The notes: generated from the sequence alone by a model not told the origin. 64,000 bases of DNA from Nemertoderma westbladi (GCA_032718475.1 JAUCBJ010002263.1:28565-92564); one strand, 5' to 3'; counted from the first letter of the stretch, positions 36,220 to 48,829 are shown. Program-made: numbers and translations.

Positions 36220-37586
36220 CTACTACGATCACTGACGATCCTTTAGAGGAACTTCTTGAGATAGAAAGGAACCTCCCGAAGAAATCTCAGACGGAGATTC
36301 GACAACTTGAAGCAACAGATGCTATAGTTTGTATACAACCTTCAGAAACCTATCAACCCATAGATCCAGATGATTACGATTATAGTGTGGGAGGAAGCGC
36401 TCGACCGATTGGAGATCTTATATATGAACGAGTGTGGTACCCTGCCAATACGATGTGTGGTAAATGTGGCGTCGCTGGACATCATTCGACCAAGTGCAGT
36501 GGAAAGCACATTACTACGACTCAGCTAATCTGTGGATGGTGTGGAGATCAAGGGTCTCATACCTTTTATACTTGCTGGAGATTTATGGTTCAATGTACTT
36601 ATTGCAATATAAAAGGGCATCGAGCATCTGAATGCCAACTAAGAGACATACCTTATGAACACGAATCTGTAAAACTCGTGAGAAAATTATTCGATGAGTG
36701 GGAAGATTTAGCCGACGAACATGTATCGGCACAAAGAAGACGATTTCCGATGAGGGCGCATCTTGGATTTTGGGCGGTAAATCCCCAAACGATGATGTCG
36801 GAAGGATACATCTCCGCTATGCCCCAATATGACGAACTTATCGAGGTAGTCGATATTTTGCCCCACGACAGTGGATTCCGAGTAGTGCGCGAGTATCTAT
36901 TACAGATTCACCCAGACAACAAGAACACGTGGAATTTTCAGAAAGTCGTAAATAGTATCACGTATGGTGAATTTGATCGTTTCCGAACTGAAAAGCGGAA
37001 TAAAGGAGCTTGGTTAACCGTCGCATGGGCGTACCGAGCCGCGTTTTACCACAAACGTATACGAGCGAGCGTATTCGAGGAAGAGGAGATCCTAGAGGCG
37101 ACCGACATACCAGCCACTCCGGTTGCGCCGTCTGCACGTCACCCTCGGGAGGACGGACAGGGTAGGATCATAAGGGTCCAGAAAGTGAGCCAACAATTAA
37201 AGAAGTCTATTAATATAGAAGAACGCAAGGGAGTTGAGCCGACCATTCGAGTTACTCGGGATACGGTATCGCTTCCTAGAGAACCAACAGGAGGATCGGG
37301 ACATACACCAGCTGATCAAAAGGGGGCGCAAGCTGCTCTTGGGTCTGCATCGTCCGCTTCTCGCGCGTTCCCAGACGTTTTACCAACTGTAGTGACAACT
37401 GATCGGTCACGAGGAATCGGTCGAGGTTTTGGGATGCCAAATAGACGAATTTGCGAGGAAACGGTCGCACCGTCTCTCAACGTCCAAGCGAAACCAGTGA
37501 CTCGCCCCACGAGTCCCATATCGCGAGCAAAGTCACCTGTGCGCAGTTTTCGAGGACGCGGCAGGGCTCGATCTACTAAGCGATAA
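36150..37586 (+). CDS. Accessory CCHC zinc-knuckle / RG-tail protein of element 2 (exonuclease part absent)
   Basis: CGKCGVAGHHSTKC, CGWCGDQGSHTFYTC, CTYCNIKGHRASEC; RGIGRGFG, RGRGRARS. Collinear with 1371-2873. Confidence 0.75.
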   Translation: MEVTNESRQTRAPIGHLGDDFEVTTTITDDPLEELLEIERNLPKKSQTEIRQLEATDAIVCIQPSETYQPIDPDDYDYSVGGSARPIGDLIYERVWYPANTMCGKCGVAGHHSTKCSGKHITTTQLICGWCGDQGSHTFYTCWRFMVQCTYCNIKGHRASECQLRDIPYEHESVKLVRKLFDEWEDLADEHVSAQRRRFPMRAHLGFWAVNPQTMMSEGYISAMPQYDELIEVVDILPHDSGFRVVREYLLQIHPDNKNTWNFQKVVNSITYGEFDRFRTEKRNKGAWLTVAWAYRAAFYHKRIRASVFEEEEILEATDIPATPVAPSARHPREDGQGRIIRVQKVSQQLKKSINIEERKGVEPTIRVTRDTVSLPREPTGGSGHTPADQKGAQAALGSASSASRAFPDVLPTVVTTDRSRGIGRGFGMPNRRICEETVAPSLNVQAKPVTRPTSPISRAKSPVRSFRGRGRARSTKR

Positions 37587-38374
37587 AAGGGAGGGCAAGG
37601 GTGGACGGAAGACTCGTGAGCCTTTCTTGTGAATTTGTGATTTATTTGAATTATATGTTTTTATATTTTGTAAGTTTTGTATTCTGGAAGAACTTATATT
37701 TAGTAAGACTCATATTTAGTAAGATTTATATTCAGTAAGAATTTATATTTTGCAAGATTTATATTTTATATTTGTGATTATTCCGAACTTATGCAATTTT
37801 TATTGTTCCGAATATTATGCAATTTATATCTTATAAGCAGTGTTTGTATTTACAGTGAAATAGAAAGTAAGAGTAGATGGAAGACTCGTGGGCCTTTCTT
37901 AAAGTTTCATTTGTAAAGTGTTATATTTCGTATTTAGAAAGTTTTATAGTTAGAAAGTTTTGTACTTAGAAAGACTCATATTTGTAATTATTCCGAACTT
38001 ATGCAATCTACATTTAGGCACGAAAGTATTTGTAATTATTTGAATTTATGCAATATTTGAGATGCAATAGTAGATGGAAGACTCGCGAGCCTTTCTTATG
38101 ATTTTCATTTATTTGTATTTGTAATTGTTTGAATTTATGCAATATTGAGATGCAATAGATTTATATTGGTGAATTTAATTTAGATTTATATTGTACTTAC
38201 TTAGTAAAGCCTTAAATATGTAAAGTTTGAATTTGTAATTATTTTGTATCGAATCATTATGTAGAAAGGAAGTATTGTTTGAAATTTAATTTGTAAATAT
38301 GTAAGTACGCCCTAAGTATTCTATAATTTGATTGATTATTGGTGAAAACCGTATATTTTATGCACGATAATATC

Positions 38375-38391
38375 CTGTTTTCATGGAGCGG
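38375..38391 (+). other. Plus-strand primer site (PPT position) of element 2
   Basis: CTGTTTTCATGGAGCGG abuts the 3' LTR; identical in element 1. Confidence 0.7.
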
Positions 38392-40279
38392 TATAGAATT
38401 ATATTCCCTAAATGCCGTGGATTTTCAAAATTTTATTTTATTCGAATTAACTTTGTAAAGATTACATTAAGTCCTCATTTGTATTTGCTATATCTATTGT
38501 ACGATGTTTAGTCAAGTGGTTCAGTAGCTCAGTCGGTAGAGCGTTCGAAATTATATATGTAGTAGGTATTGAGTTCGAATCCTTGTAGGTGCGAATTATT
38601 TTTTGTACAGAATTTCAACTCATTTAAATTGACCGCTACAAATTAAATTGCATTTGTCTGTACCTAGATTAACCAATGGGACTGTAGTTATTAGATTGTA
38701 ACCAATGTCGTGCAAGTTATATATTAGCTGGACCAATAGCTATCTTTAAAAACCTGTTAGAACCTATAGAACAATCGAGAATTTTCTCGATTGATTGCAG
38801 CACAAATTTGCTATATAAAGGTGCGATTTCGTTCATTAGTTCACTACTTCTTTCTTACACAATATTATTTCAGATTACATTGTTTATTGTATAATAGTTA
38901 TTGTTTGATTTTGTAATAAAAGTTAGAAATACTTGTCACATCTGCCCTTTTCTATCTGTTTTATCATGCTTCACCACGGTGAACCCAACTAAGGGACAGG
39001 ATGGCTGGCTAGACTTCGGGCCGCAGCAATGAACGGGAACATCAAGGGAATGTAGACAGGAGACAACCCGCAATATCAATCTTAGTTATTCGCCCATCGC
39101 CTGAAAGGTTAGACAGCGTTCAATGCCTTGCTACCTAAGTGTAAGACCAAAGATCAAAGGTAGAGGTAGTGACACGCTGTACGCCTAAAATTACATCTAG
39201 GGACTGTACTGTCTTAATTCAGGAAAAAACCGCAGTAGACCTTCATATTCCTACGGGAGGAGAGAGGAGAGCAGGCAGAGATACTAGTACGCAGATAGGA
39301 CGTAGGCACACCGGTACAAGGCATACACATTGGTAGGGTGCAGCAAACTGTACGCCTAACTCTTGCTAAGTACAGGTGCGTTTGCGACTATTTGTAGTAC
39401 AACGGTGTCCATTGCATTAGAACTTGTAGGCCAGGAGGGTTACTGTGTTTCACCTGAATTAGGATTGTACCGTTCAGGCGGTAGGGCAGTTTACGACTAG
39501 GCGCAAATAAATTGAGGCTATTAGGGATATACTAACATCTACTGTGTCCCCGCCGACATCCTGATAGGAAGTTACCAAGCCCACCTAGGTAACCAAAATT
39601 CTAGATAGGACGCCAGGCTAGCTATTAGTAACAGTACGCCTACTGTAGTAAACTAACACATTTCTTCTTAGTATTAGGGACCTGGTAAATTAAAATTGCC
39701 GAATTCTGGGCGTAGTATTAACCTTATGCCTGAATTTGAGTCCTGGAAATACGCAAGAGGGGAAGGAGCCTTATTATTCGTGAGTATTGGACCTACAAGT
39801 TACAAAATTAGAATATTCGTAAAATGCACACCGTACCCAGTAATTATATATATGGAGCAAAACTGATCTTGACGGTTCAGAATTAACACACGCGAGTTAG
39901 AAATTATTTACACCTCAAAATATATAAAATTAACTTTTGTCCGTACTGCACTTTGCCCGCTAGTTAGACATCTCCAAATCTCTGCACCTAGCTAGCGTCT
40001 CTTTCGCCCAACCATATAAATCACACCGCGGCAAAGTATACGAGCCCCTTAGTCCGTCAGTGAGTCAGCCTGATTTTAGGATTCGCTGCGCGGGATTTTG
40101 TTTTATCGAAGTTTGTCTGCTCGTAGACTGTTTTCTGCCTCACCGGTTATAAGGGACCAATACTGCAATATATTCGCTTACTTGGAGTTTACTGTTTTGG
40201 TGAGAAGGTCGGATTTATGATTTGATTCACAAACTTTACAGTAAGATATTGCAGGTATTGTTACTGTCTCTTCGCATTA
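38392..40279 (+). repeat. 3' LTR of element 2 (1888 bp), including tRNA-like unit at 38518-38604
   Basis: Direct repeat of 23625-25516. Confidence 0.93.
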
Positions 40280-43200
40280 TTTATCTCGCGAGATTAATTA
40301 TTTTCTCGCGAGTTTAATAATTTATCTCGCGAGTTTAATCATTTATCTCGCGAGATTAATTATTTTCTCGCGAGTTTAATCATTTATCTCGCGAGTTTAA
40401 TCATTTATCTCGCGAGATTAATAATTTTCTCGCGAGTTTAAACATTTATCTCGCGAGATTATTTATTTTCTCGCGAGTTTAATCATTTATCTCGCGAGTT
40501 TAATTAATTTCTCGCGAGAGTAATTATTTTCTCGCGAGTTTAATCATTTATCTCGCGAGATTAATTATTTTCGCGCGAGTTTGATCATTTATCTCGCGAG
40601 ATTAATTATTTTCTCGCGAGTTTAATAATTTATCTCGCGAGTTTAATAATTTATCTCGCGAGATTAATTATTTTCTCGCGAGTTTAATCATTTATCTCGC
40701 GAGTTTAATCATTTATCTCACGAAATTAATCATTTATCTCGCGAGATTAATTATTTTCTCGCGAGTTTAATTATATTCTCGAGAGTTTAATTATTTTCTC
40801 GCGAGTTTAATCATTTATCTCGCGAGATTAATTATTTTCCCGCGAGTTTAATCATTTATCTCACGAGATTAATTATTTTCTCGCGAGTTTAATCATTTAT
40901 CTCGCGAGATTAATAATTTTCTCGCGAGTTTAAACATTTATCTCGCGAGATTATTTATTTTCTCGCGAGTTTAATCATTTATCTCGCGAGTTTAATTAAT
41001 TTCTCGCGAGATTAATTATTTTCTCGCGAGTTTAATCATTTATCTCGCGAGATTAATTCTTTTCTCGCGAGTTTAATCATTTATCTCGCGAGTTTAATCA
41101 TTTATCTCGCGAGATTAATTATTTTCTCGTGAGTTTAATCATTTATCTCGCGAGTTTAATCATTTATCTCACGAGATTAATCATTTATCTCGCGAGTTTA
41201 ATCATTTATCTCGCGAGATTAATAATTTTCTCGCGAGTTTAAACATTTATCTCGCGAGATTATTTATTTTCTCGCGAGTTTAATCACTTATCTCGCGAGT
41301 TTAATTAATTTCACGCGAGATTAATTATTTTCTCGCGAGTTTATTCATTTATCTCGTGAAATTAATTATTTTCTCGCGAGTTTAATCATTTATCTCGCGT
41401 GATTAATTATTTTCTCGCGAGTTTAATCATTTATCTCGCGAGTTTAATCATTTATCTCACGAGATTAATCATTTATCTCGCGAGATTAATCATTTATCTC
41501 GCGAGATTAATCATTTATCTCGCGAGATTAATTATTTTCTCGCGAGTTTAATTATATTCTCGAGAGTTTAATTATTTTCTCGCGAGTTTAATCATTTACT
41601 ACTACTACTACTCTAGGTCGAGCGAACTCGGACAGTGGAAATGAGATCCTTCCAGGCTTCCCGATTCTCCATAGTTGTAGCAATTTCGTTTCTCCCCAGT
41701 TCAGTATCCCTTTCAAGTTGATCTATATATGTTATGGCAGGTCGTCCACGACTACGCTTTCCATGGGTTGGTTGCCAGAGAAGTAGATCTGGTATGACCT
41801 CGTCTTTACTTCGCCAGCAGTGCCCACTGAATCTTAATCTGCGTTCACGGAGGGTGGTTGATACAGGTGGTATTGTACCATAAAGCTCGGCGTTTGTCAT
41901 GTGTTGTCTCCAGCTGATGTTTAGGGCTGCCCTTAGTAGTCTTGTGTAGCAACCATCAATTCGTTGTTCAAGTGATTTAGTCAGTGTCCAGGTCTCACCC
42001 CCGTATAAAAATACACTTTCCACTGTGGCTCGAAAGAACTTAGTCTTCAGGTGCCTGGAGAGATCTGATTTCCAGATGGTTTAATCATGTATCTCGCGAG
42101 ATTAATTATTTTCCCGCGAGTTTAATCATTTATCTCACGAGATTAATTATTTTCTCGCGAGTTTAATTATTTTCTCGCGAGTTTAATCATTTATCTCGCG
42201 AGATTAATAATTTTCTCGCGAGTTTAATCATTTATCTCACGAGATTAATTATTTTCTCGCGAGTTTAATCATTTATCTCGCGAGATTAATTATTTTCTCG
42301 CGAGTTTAATCATTTATCTCGCGAGTTTAATCATTTATCTCACGAGATTAATCATTTATCTCGCGAGATTAATTATTTTCTCGCGAGTTTAATAATTTAT
42401 CGCGCGAGTTTAATCATTTATCTCACGAGATTAATCATTTATCTCGCGAGATTAATTATTTTCTCGCGAGTTTAATTATATTCTCGAGAGTTTAATTATA
42501 TTCTCGAGAGTTTAATTATTTTCTCGCGAGTTTAATCATTTATCTCGCGAGATTAATTATTTTCCCGCGAGTTTAAGCATTTATCTCACGAGATTAATTA
42601 TTTTCTCGCGAGTTTAATTATTTTCTCGCGAGTTTAATCATTTATCTCGCGAGATTAATAATTTCCTCGCGAGTTTAAACATTTATCTCGCGAGATTATT
42701 TATTTTCTCGCGAGTTTAATCATTTATCTCGCGAGTTTAATTAATTTCTCGCGAGATTAATTATTTTCTCGCGAGTTTAATGATTTATCTCGCGAGATTA
42801 ATTCTTTTCTCGCGAGTTTAATCATTTATCTCGCGAGTTTAATCATTTATCGCGCGAGATTAATTATTTTCTCGCGAGTTTAATCATTTATCTCGCGAGT
42901 TTAATCATTTATCTCACGAGATTAATCATTTATCTCGCGAGCTTAATCATTTATCTCGCGAGATTAATAATTTTCTCGCGAGTTTAAACATTTATCTCGC
43001 GAGATTATTTATTTTCTCGCGAGTTTAATCATTTATCTCGCGAGTTTAATTAATTTCTCGCGAGATTAATTATTTTCTCGCGAGTTTAATCATTTATCTC
43101 GTGAGATTAATTATTTTCTCGCGAGTTTAATCATTTATCTCGCGTGATTAATTATTTTCTCGCGAGTTTAATCATTTATCTCGCGAGTTTAATCATTTAT

Positions 43201-46106
43201 CTCACGAGATTAATCATTTATCTCGCGAGATTAATTATTTTCTCGCGAGTTTAATCATTTATCTCGCGAGTTTAATCATTTATCTCACGAGATTAATCAT
43301 TTATCTCGCGAGATTAATCATTTATCTCGCGAGATTAATTATTTTCTCGCGAGTTTAATTATATTCTCGAGAGTTTAATTATTTTCTCGCGAGTTTAATC
43401 ATTTATCTCGCGAGATTAATTATTTTCCCGCGAGTTTAATCATTTATCTCACGAGATTAATTATTTTCTCGCGAGTTTAATTATTTTCTCGCGAGTTGAA
43501 TCATTTATCTCGCGAGATTAATACTTTTCTCGCGAGTTTAAACATTTATCTCGCGAGATTATTTATTTTCTCGCGAGTTTAATCATTTATCTCGCGAGTT
43601 TAATTAATTTCTCGCGAGATTAATTATTTTCTCGCGAGTTTAATCATTTATCTCGCGAGTTTAATCATTTATCTCACGAGATTAATTATTTTCTCGCGAG
43701 TTTAATTATTTTCTCGCGAGTTGAATCATTTATCTCGCGAGATTAATACTTTTCTCGCGAGTTTAAACATTTATCTCGCGAGATTATTTATTTTCTCGCG
43801 AGTTTAATCATTTATCTCGCGAGTTTAATTAATTTCTCGCAAGATTAATTATTTTCTCGCGAGTTTAATCATTTATCTCGCGAGTTTAATCATTTATCGC
43901 GCGAGATTAATTATTTTCTCGCGAGTTTAATCATTTATCTCGCGAGTTTAATCATTTATCTCACGAGATTAATCATTTATCTCGCGAGCTTAATCATTTA
44001 TCTCGCGAGATTAATAATTTTCTCGCGAGTTTAAACATTTATCTCGCGAGATTATTTATTTTCTCGCGAGTTTAATCATTTATCTCGCGAGTTTAATTAA
44101 TTTCTCGCGAGATTAATTATTTTCTCGCGAGTTTAATCATTTATCTCGTGAGATTAATTATTTTCTCGCGAGTTTAATCATTTATCTCGCGTGATTAATT
44201 ATTTTCTCGCGAGTTTAATCATTTATCTCGCGAGTTTAATCATTTATCTCACGAGATTAATCATTTATCTCGCGAGATTAATTATTTTCTCGCGAGTTTA
44301 ATCAATTATCTCGCGAGTTTAATCATTTATCTCACGAGATTAATCATTTATCTCGCGAGATTAATCATTTATCTCGCGAGTTTAATTAATTTCTCGCGTG
44401 ATTAATTATTTTCTCGCGAGTTTAATGATTTATCTCGCGAGTTTAATCATTTATCTCGCGAGATTAATTATTTTCTCGCGAGTTTAATCATTTATCTCGC
44501 GAGTTTAATCATTTATCTCGCGAGATTAATTATTTTCTCGCGAGTTTAATCATTTATCTCGCGAGATTAATTATTTTCTCGCGAGTTTAATCATTTATCT
44601 CGCGAGTTTAATCATTTATCTCACGAGATTAATCATTTATCTCGCGAGATTAATTATTTTCTCGCGAGTTTAATCATTTATCTCACGAGTTTAATCATTT
44701 ATCTCGCGAGATTAATTATATTCTCGAGAGTTTAATTATTTGCTCGCGAGTTTAATGATTTATCTCGCGAGATTAATTATTTTCTCGAGAGTTTAATCAT
44801 TTATCTCACGAGATTAATTATTTTCTCGCGAGTTTAATCATTTATCTCGCGAGTTTAATCATTTATCTCACGAGATTAATCATTTATCTCGCGAGATTAA
44901 TTATTTTCTCGCGAGTTTAATCATTTATCTCACGAGTTTAATCATTTATCTCGCGAGATTAATTATATTCTCGAGAGTTTAATTATTTGCTCGCGAGTTT
45001 AATGATTTATCTCGCGAGATTAATTATTTTCTCGAGAGTTTAATCATTTATCTCACGAGATTAATTATTTTCTCGCGAGTTTAATTATTTTCTCGCGAGT
45101 TTAATCATTTATCTCGCGAGATTAATAATTTTCTCGCGAGTTTAAACATTTATCTCGCGAGATTAAATATTTTCTCGCGAGTTTAATCATTTATCTCGCG
45201 AGTTTAATTAATTTCTCGCGAGATTAATTATTTTCTCGCGAGTTTAATCATTTCTCTCGCGAGATTAATTATTTTCGCGCGAGTTTAATCATTAATCTCG
45301 CGAGATTAATTATTTTCTCGCGAGTTTAATCATTTATCTCGCGAGTTTAATCATTTATCTCACGAGATTAATCATTTATCTCGCGAGTTTAATCATTTAT
45401 CTCATGAGATTAATCATTTATCTCGCGAGATTAATTATTTTCTCGCGAGTTTAATTATATTCTCGAGAGTTTAATTATTTTCCTGCGAGTTTAATCATTT
45501 ATCTCACGAGATTGATTATTTTCTCGCGAGTTTAATTATTTTCTCGCGAGTTTAATCATTTATCTCGCGAGATTAATAATTTTCTCGCGAGTTTAAAAAT
45601 TTATCTCGCGAGATTATTTATTTTCTCGCGAGTTTATTCATTTATCTCGCGAGTTTAATTAATTTCTCGCGAGATTAATTATTTTCTCGCGAGTTTAATC
45701 ATTTATCTCGCGAGATTAATTCTTTTCTCGCGAGTTTAATCATTTATCTTGCGAGTTTAATCATTTATCTTGCGAGTTTAATCATTTATCTCGCGAGATT
45801 AATTATTTTCTCGCAAGTTTAAATCATTTATCTCGCGAGTTTAATCATTTATCTCGCAAGTTTAAATCATTTATCTCGCGAGTTTAATCATTTATCTCGC
45901 GAGATTGATTATTTTCTCGCAAGTTTAATCATTTATCTCGTGAGATTAATTATTTTCTCGCGAGTTTAAATATTTTCTCGCGAGTTTAATCATTTACCTC
46001 GCGAGATTAATTATTTGTTCGCGAGTTTAATCATTTATCTCGCGACATTTATAATTGTCTCGCGAGTTTGATAATTTTCTCACGAGTGTAATCATTTATC
46101 TCGCGA
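40280..46106. repeat. Satellite of mixed 21-bp (GTTTAATCATTTATCTCGCGA) and 20-bp (GATTAATTATTTTCTCGCGA) units with higher-order structure
   Basis: Roughly 260 units (estimated from length); diagnostic variant blocks recur; degenerates at the right end. Confidence 0.98.
41599..42078 (-). mobile_element. 5'-truncated RTE-clade LINE inserted in the satellite
   Basis: ESVFLYGGETWTLT..RERRLRFSGHCWR..RSRGRP C-terminus; (TAG)n tail directly after the stop; TSD GTTTAATCAT(T/G)TA at 41586 and 42079. Confidence 0.88.
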
Positions 46107-48829
46107 CTAAATTCAGAAGAATATCAAGGAGAAATAAAATGTCGAATAAAAATACTAAAAGTATGCCATAACTGGTATGACCTCAGGTTTACCCAGCGAT
46201 ATACTACACCCGCTAAAGTTAAGAAAAATTATCAGATACGATTGTGCTTTGTATTAATATTAACTCATAAAATAAAATGAATCATTGTTAAATCAAGATA
46301 GATTATTCACAATAAAACGGACAACCACAAATTAACAGTTGAAATAATTTAATTAGCCTCATTTTTTTTACCAGTTATGGTATTTCTAGAGTTGTATTAT
46401 TATTATTAGACTCTTTAATTAACTTGGGGGGGGGGGGGGGGGGGGGGGTGGAGGGTTGAGGCGGGCGGTCTCCCGTAAATATAATAATAAATTTATTAAA
46501 TCTAATATAACTAAGACACAATGACTCAACGCGACCTACGTACAAATGTACATAAATCACTAGGCCTAAAATAATCGTAATATTTAATTTAATAGCACCA
46601 CAAAGTTTAACAAAATTAGAACGTTCTTATGGTTTAAATTTATATAATTATAATGGACATTTTAAGGTATAATATTAAATAAGAAAATCGAATATTATTA
46701 CATGTTCAACAAAATACTTCTTAAATAGAATATAATAAAGAAATAATAAGACAATGCAATTATTCAAAAAATAAGTTCATTCAAGTATAATAATTTATCA
46801 CGAAAAGTGCCCCGCCCACCAACTGTTCAATATACGAATAATCTACTCAATATACGAATAATCTGTAACTATAAGTTCCTCACAAAGCCTCCATATTTAC
46901 AAAAAAAAGTTAAAAAGAAACTGCACAACAAAAAAAAACAAAATAAACTTTTAAAGTTAATTTGTGGATGTGGCAATAAACAATTAATAGCTGAACGAAG
47001 AAGTTCCAGAAGAATGACTCCAACCAAACACCAATGAAAGCCTAACAATGTAGTTAGTTAGTTATTCTAGGTATATAAAGTACTTTATATTACAGTTATA
47101 TCATGTGAGTTTCATTTACTCCTGTGATTTTTTAAATATTAAACAGATGATATAAAGAAACATTGTCTTGCTCTACTAATATACGCTAGTTAGTCAATCT
47201 TAAATACTTTGTGTTTATTCTACTTAGATGACCTAGACCCCAAGGTACTCTAATATAACTTCTATATAGGCAATAAAAAAAACTAACTAATCTAAGCAGA
47301 TATACTCTGAGCTGAAAACGTAAATGACGAAAACGTAAAAACGAAAAAGTAAATTTGTAATGTTTGCAGCCGAATGTTTATATGTTTATCTGAAAAATAT
47401 TACGTAAATATTATACGAAAATGTACAGGAAATGAAATTTTTAGCACCAACTTTTTAGAATGCAATAAATTATTTAATAATATAAATTATTCAAAAACTA
47501 GCTTGTACCGTGACTTGTACCATGACTGCTGCTACTAAAAATAATATTTAATTTAATATGTTAATGACAGCAATAGCTGATTATATATTTTTCATAATTG
47601 AAATACATAGTCAGTTTAATGCACTTATATTTAGAAGCCCTCCCCCCCTGTTTAGTGTTACTTCCAAGTATTAATTATTTGGAAGTTCAAAGGTTTTCAG
47701 CTCTGAGTAAAAAACCGTATAAAGATGAAATAATACATCAAAATTAAAGGATAAATAAATATAATATCTAGAACGTAAATAAATATAAGAATTTACCAGA
47801 CCTATTGTATGGACATCACAAGTTTAATTAATTTCTTTCAACAAAATCATAAATAATACCAATTATCCAAACAATCATCAATAAACAGTTAAAAGATACT
47901 TAAAGTGAAGAATTTTGGTGATTTAGTAAATATAATGCAGATGATTTTGACTGTATAACTGTGAAGCAATTATTCAACAGTTGTAAAATATCGGAGCTAA
48001 TTAAAAGTTTACTAGCATCAAATTTTCTGCAACACCACAATAACAAAACCATGGAAACCGTACTAATTAAAGGTGAAGAGACAAAACTATGAATGAGAAA
48101 AGCCAAGTAACCCTAAATTCTGCAATAATATAAGGTCTATCTACTTCTTTGGCGAATCATAACTACAGTAGCTTAAATAGAAACAATAGAGTCTGCCTAG
48201 AGATTAGTTAACAGCTGAGGGTGAGCGGTATGATTCTTACACTCCCCCCATTATCATCCCGCTCCCTCTTACTCTAAAGTAGCTAATGTAAAGGTAACAC
48301 TAATTAAAAACTAACCTAACTAAACTTTATGACTCGCATTTTATTAGAGAAATGAAAAAATAACAATTAACAGGAAGTTGCATGGTAGAGTAGAAAAACA
48401 GCCATGCAAGAAAAAAATGCGATCCGTGTATTACGGTATAATACCATCCAACTTATAATTTCCCAAAATATTTTGAAAATCAATAAAAGATTAAATAAAG
48501 TGTTACAACAATTTCATAAGTTAAAATATAAAAAAGGCATTTGTTACGGGAGATACAGGAATAATTTACATTCGAGTTTATATATTTTATCATTGTTATA
48601 TATAAAGAAGATGTTGTCTTTTTTACTTCGAAGATCAAACCCGAAGGCGAAAGTGAATAAATAGCAAGAAATTTGAGAAAATATTTCTTATAATGTGTGC
48701 GTAGCACATTGGGTGATATTGGGGGCTTCTGGTAGGATTAGATACGCGATTTATAGAAGCTATGATCACATAGTGTGGCGTGATGTTGGCAGAACAGATA
48801 GACCGTGGATTTCTCAAGATTCCAAGAAT

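Larger units (their letters stand above)
23625..40279 (+). mobile_element. BEL/Pao LTR retrotransposon, element 2 (both LTRs present, internal deletion in accessory region)
   Basis: LTRs 23625-25516 and 38392-40279; 5-bp TSD TTTAT at 23620-23624 and 40280-40284, in phase with the satellite unit. Confidence 0.96.

Noticed and set aside
40280-46106. CRISPR-like array (palindromic repeats at regular spacing)
   Set aside because: Intervening sequences are near-identical rather than unique spacers, there are no cas genes, and the context is eukaryotic; it is a satellite.
46107-48800. Short ORFs and G-run in the AT-rich interval
   Set aside because: No recognisable motifs; most likely importin 3' UTR and intergenic DNA.
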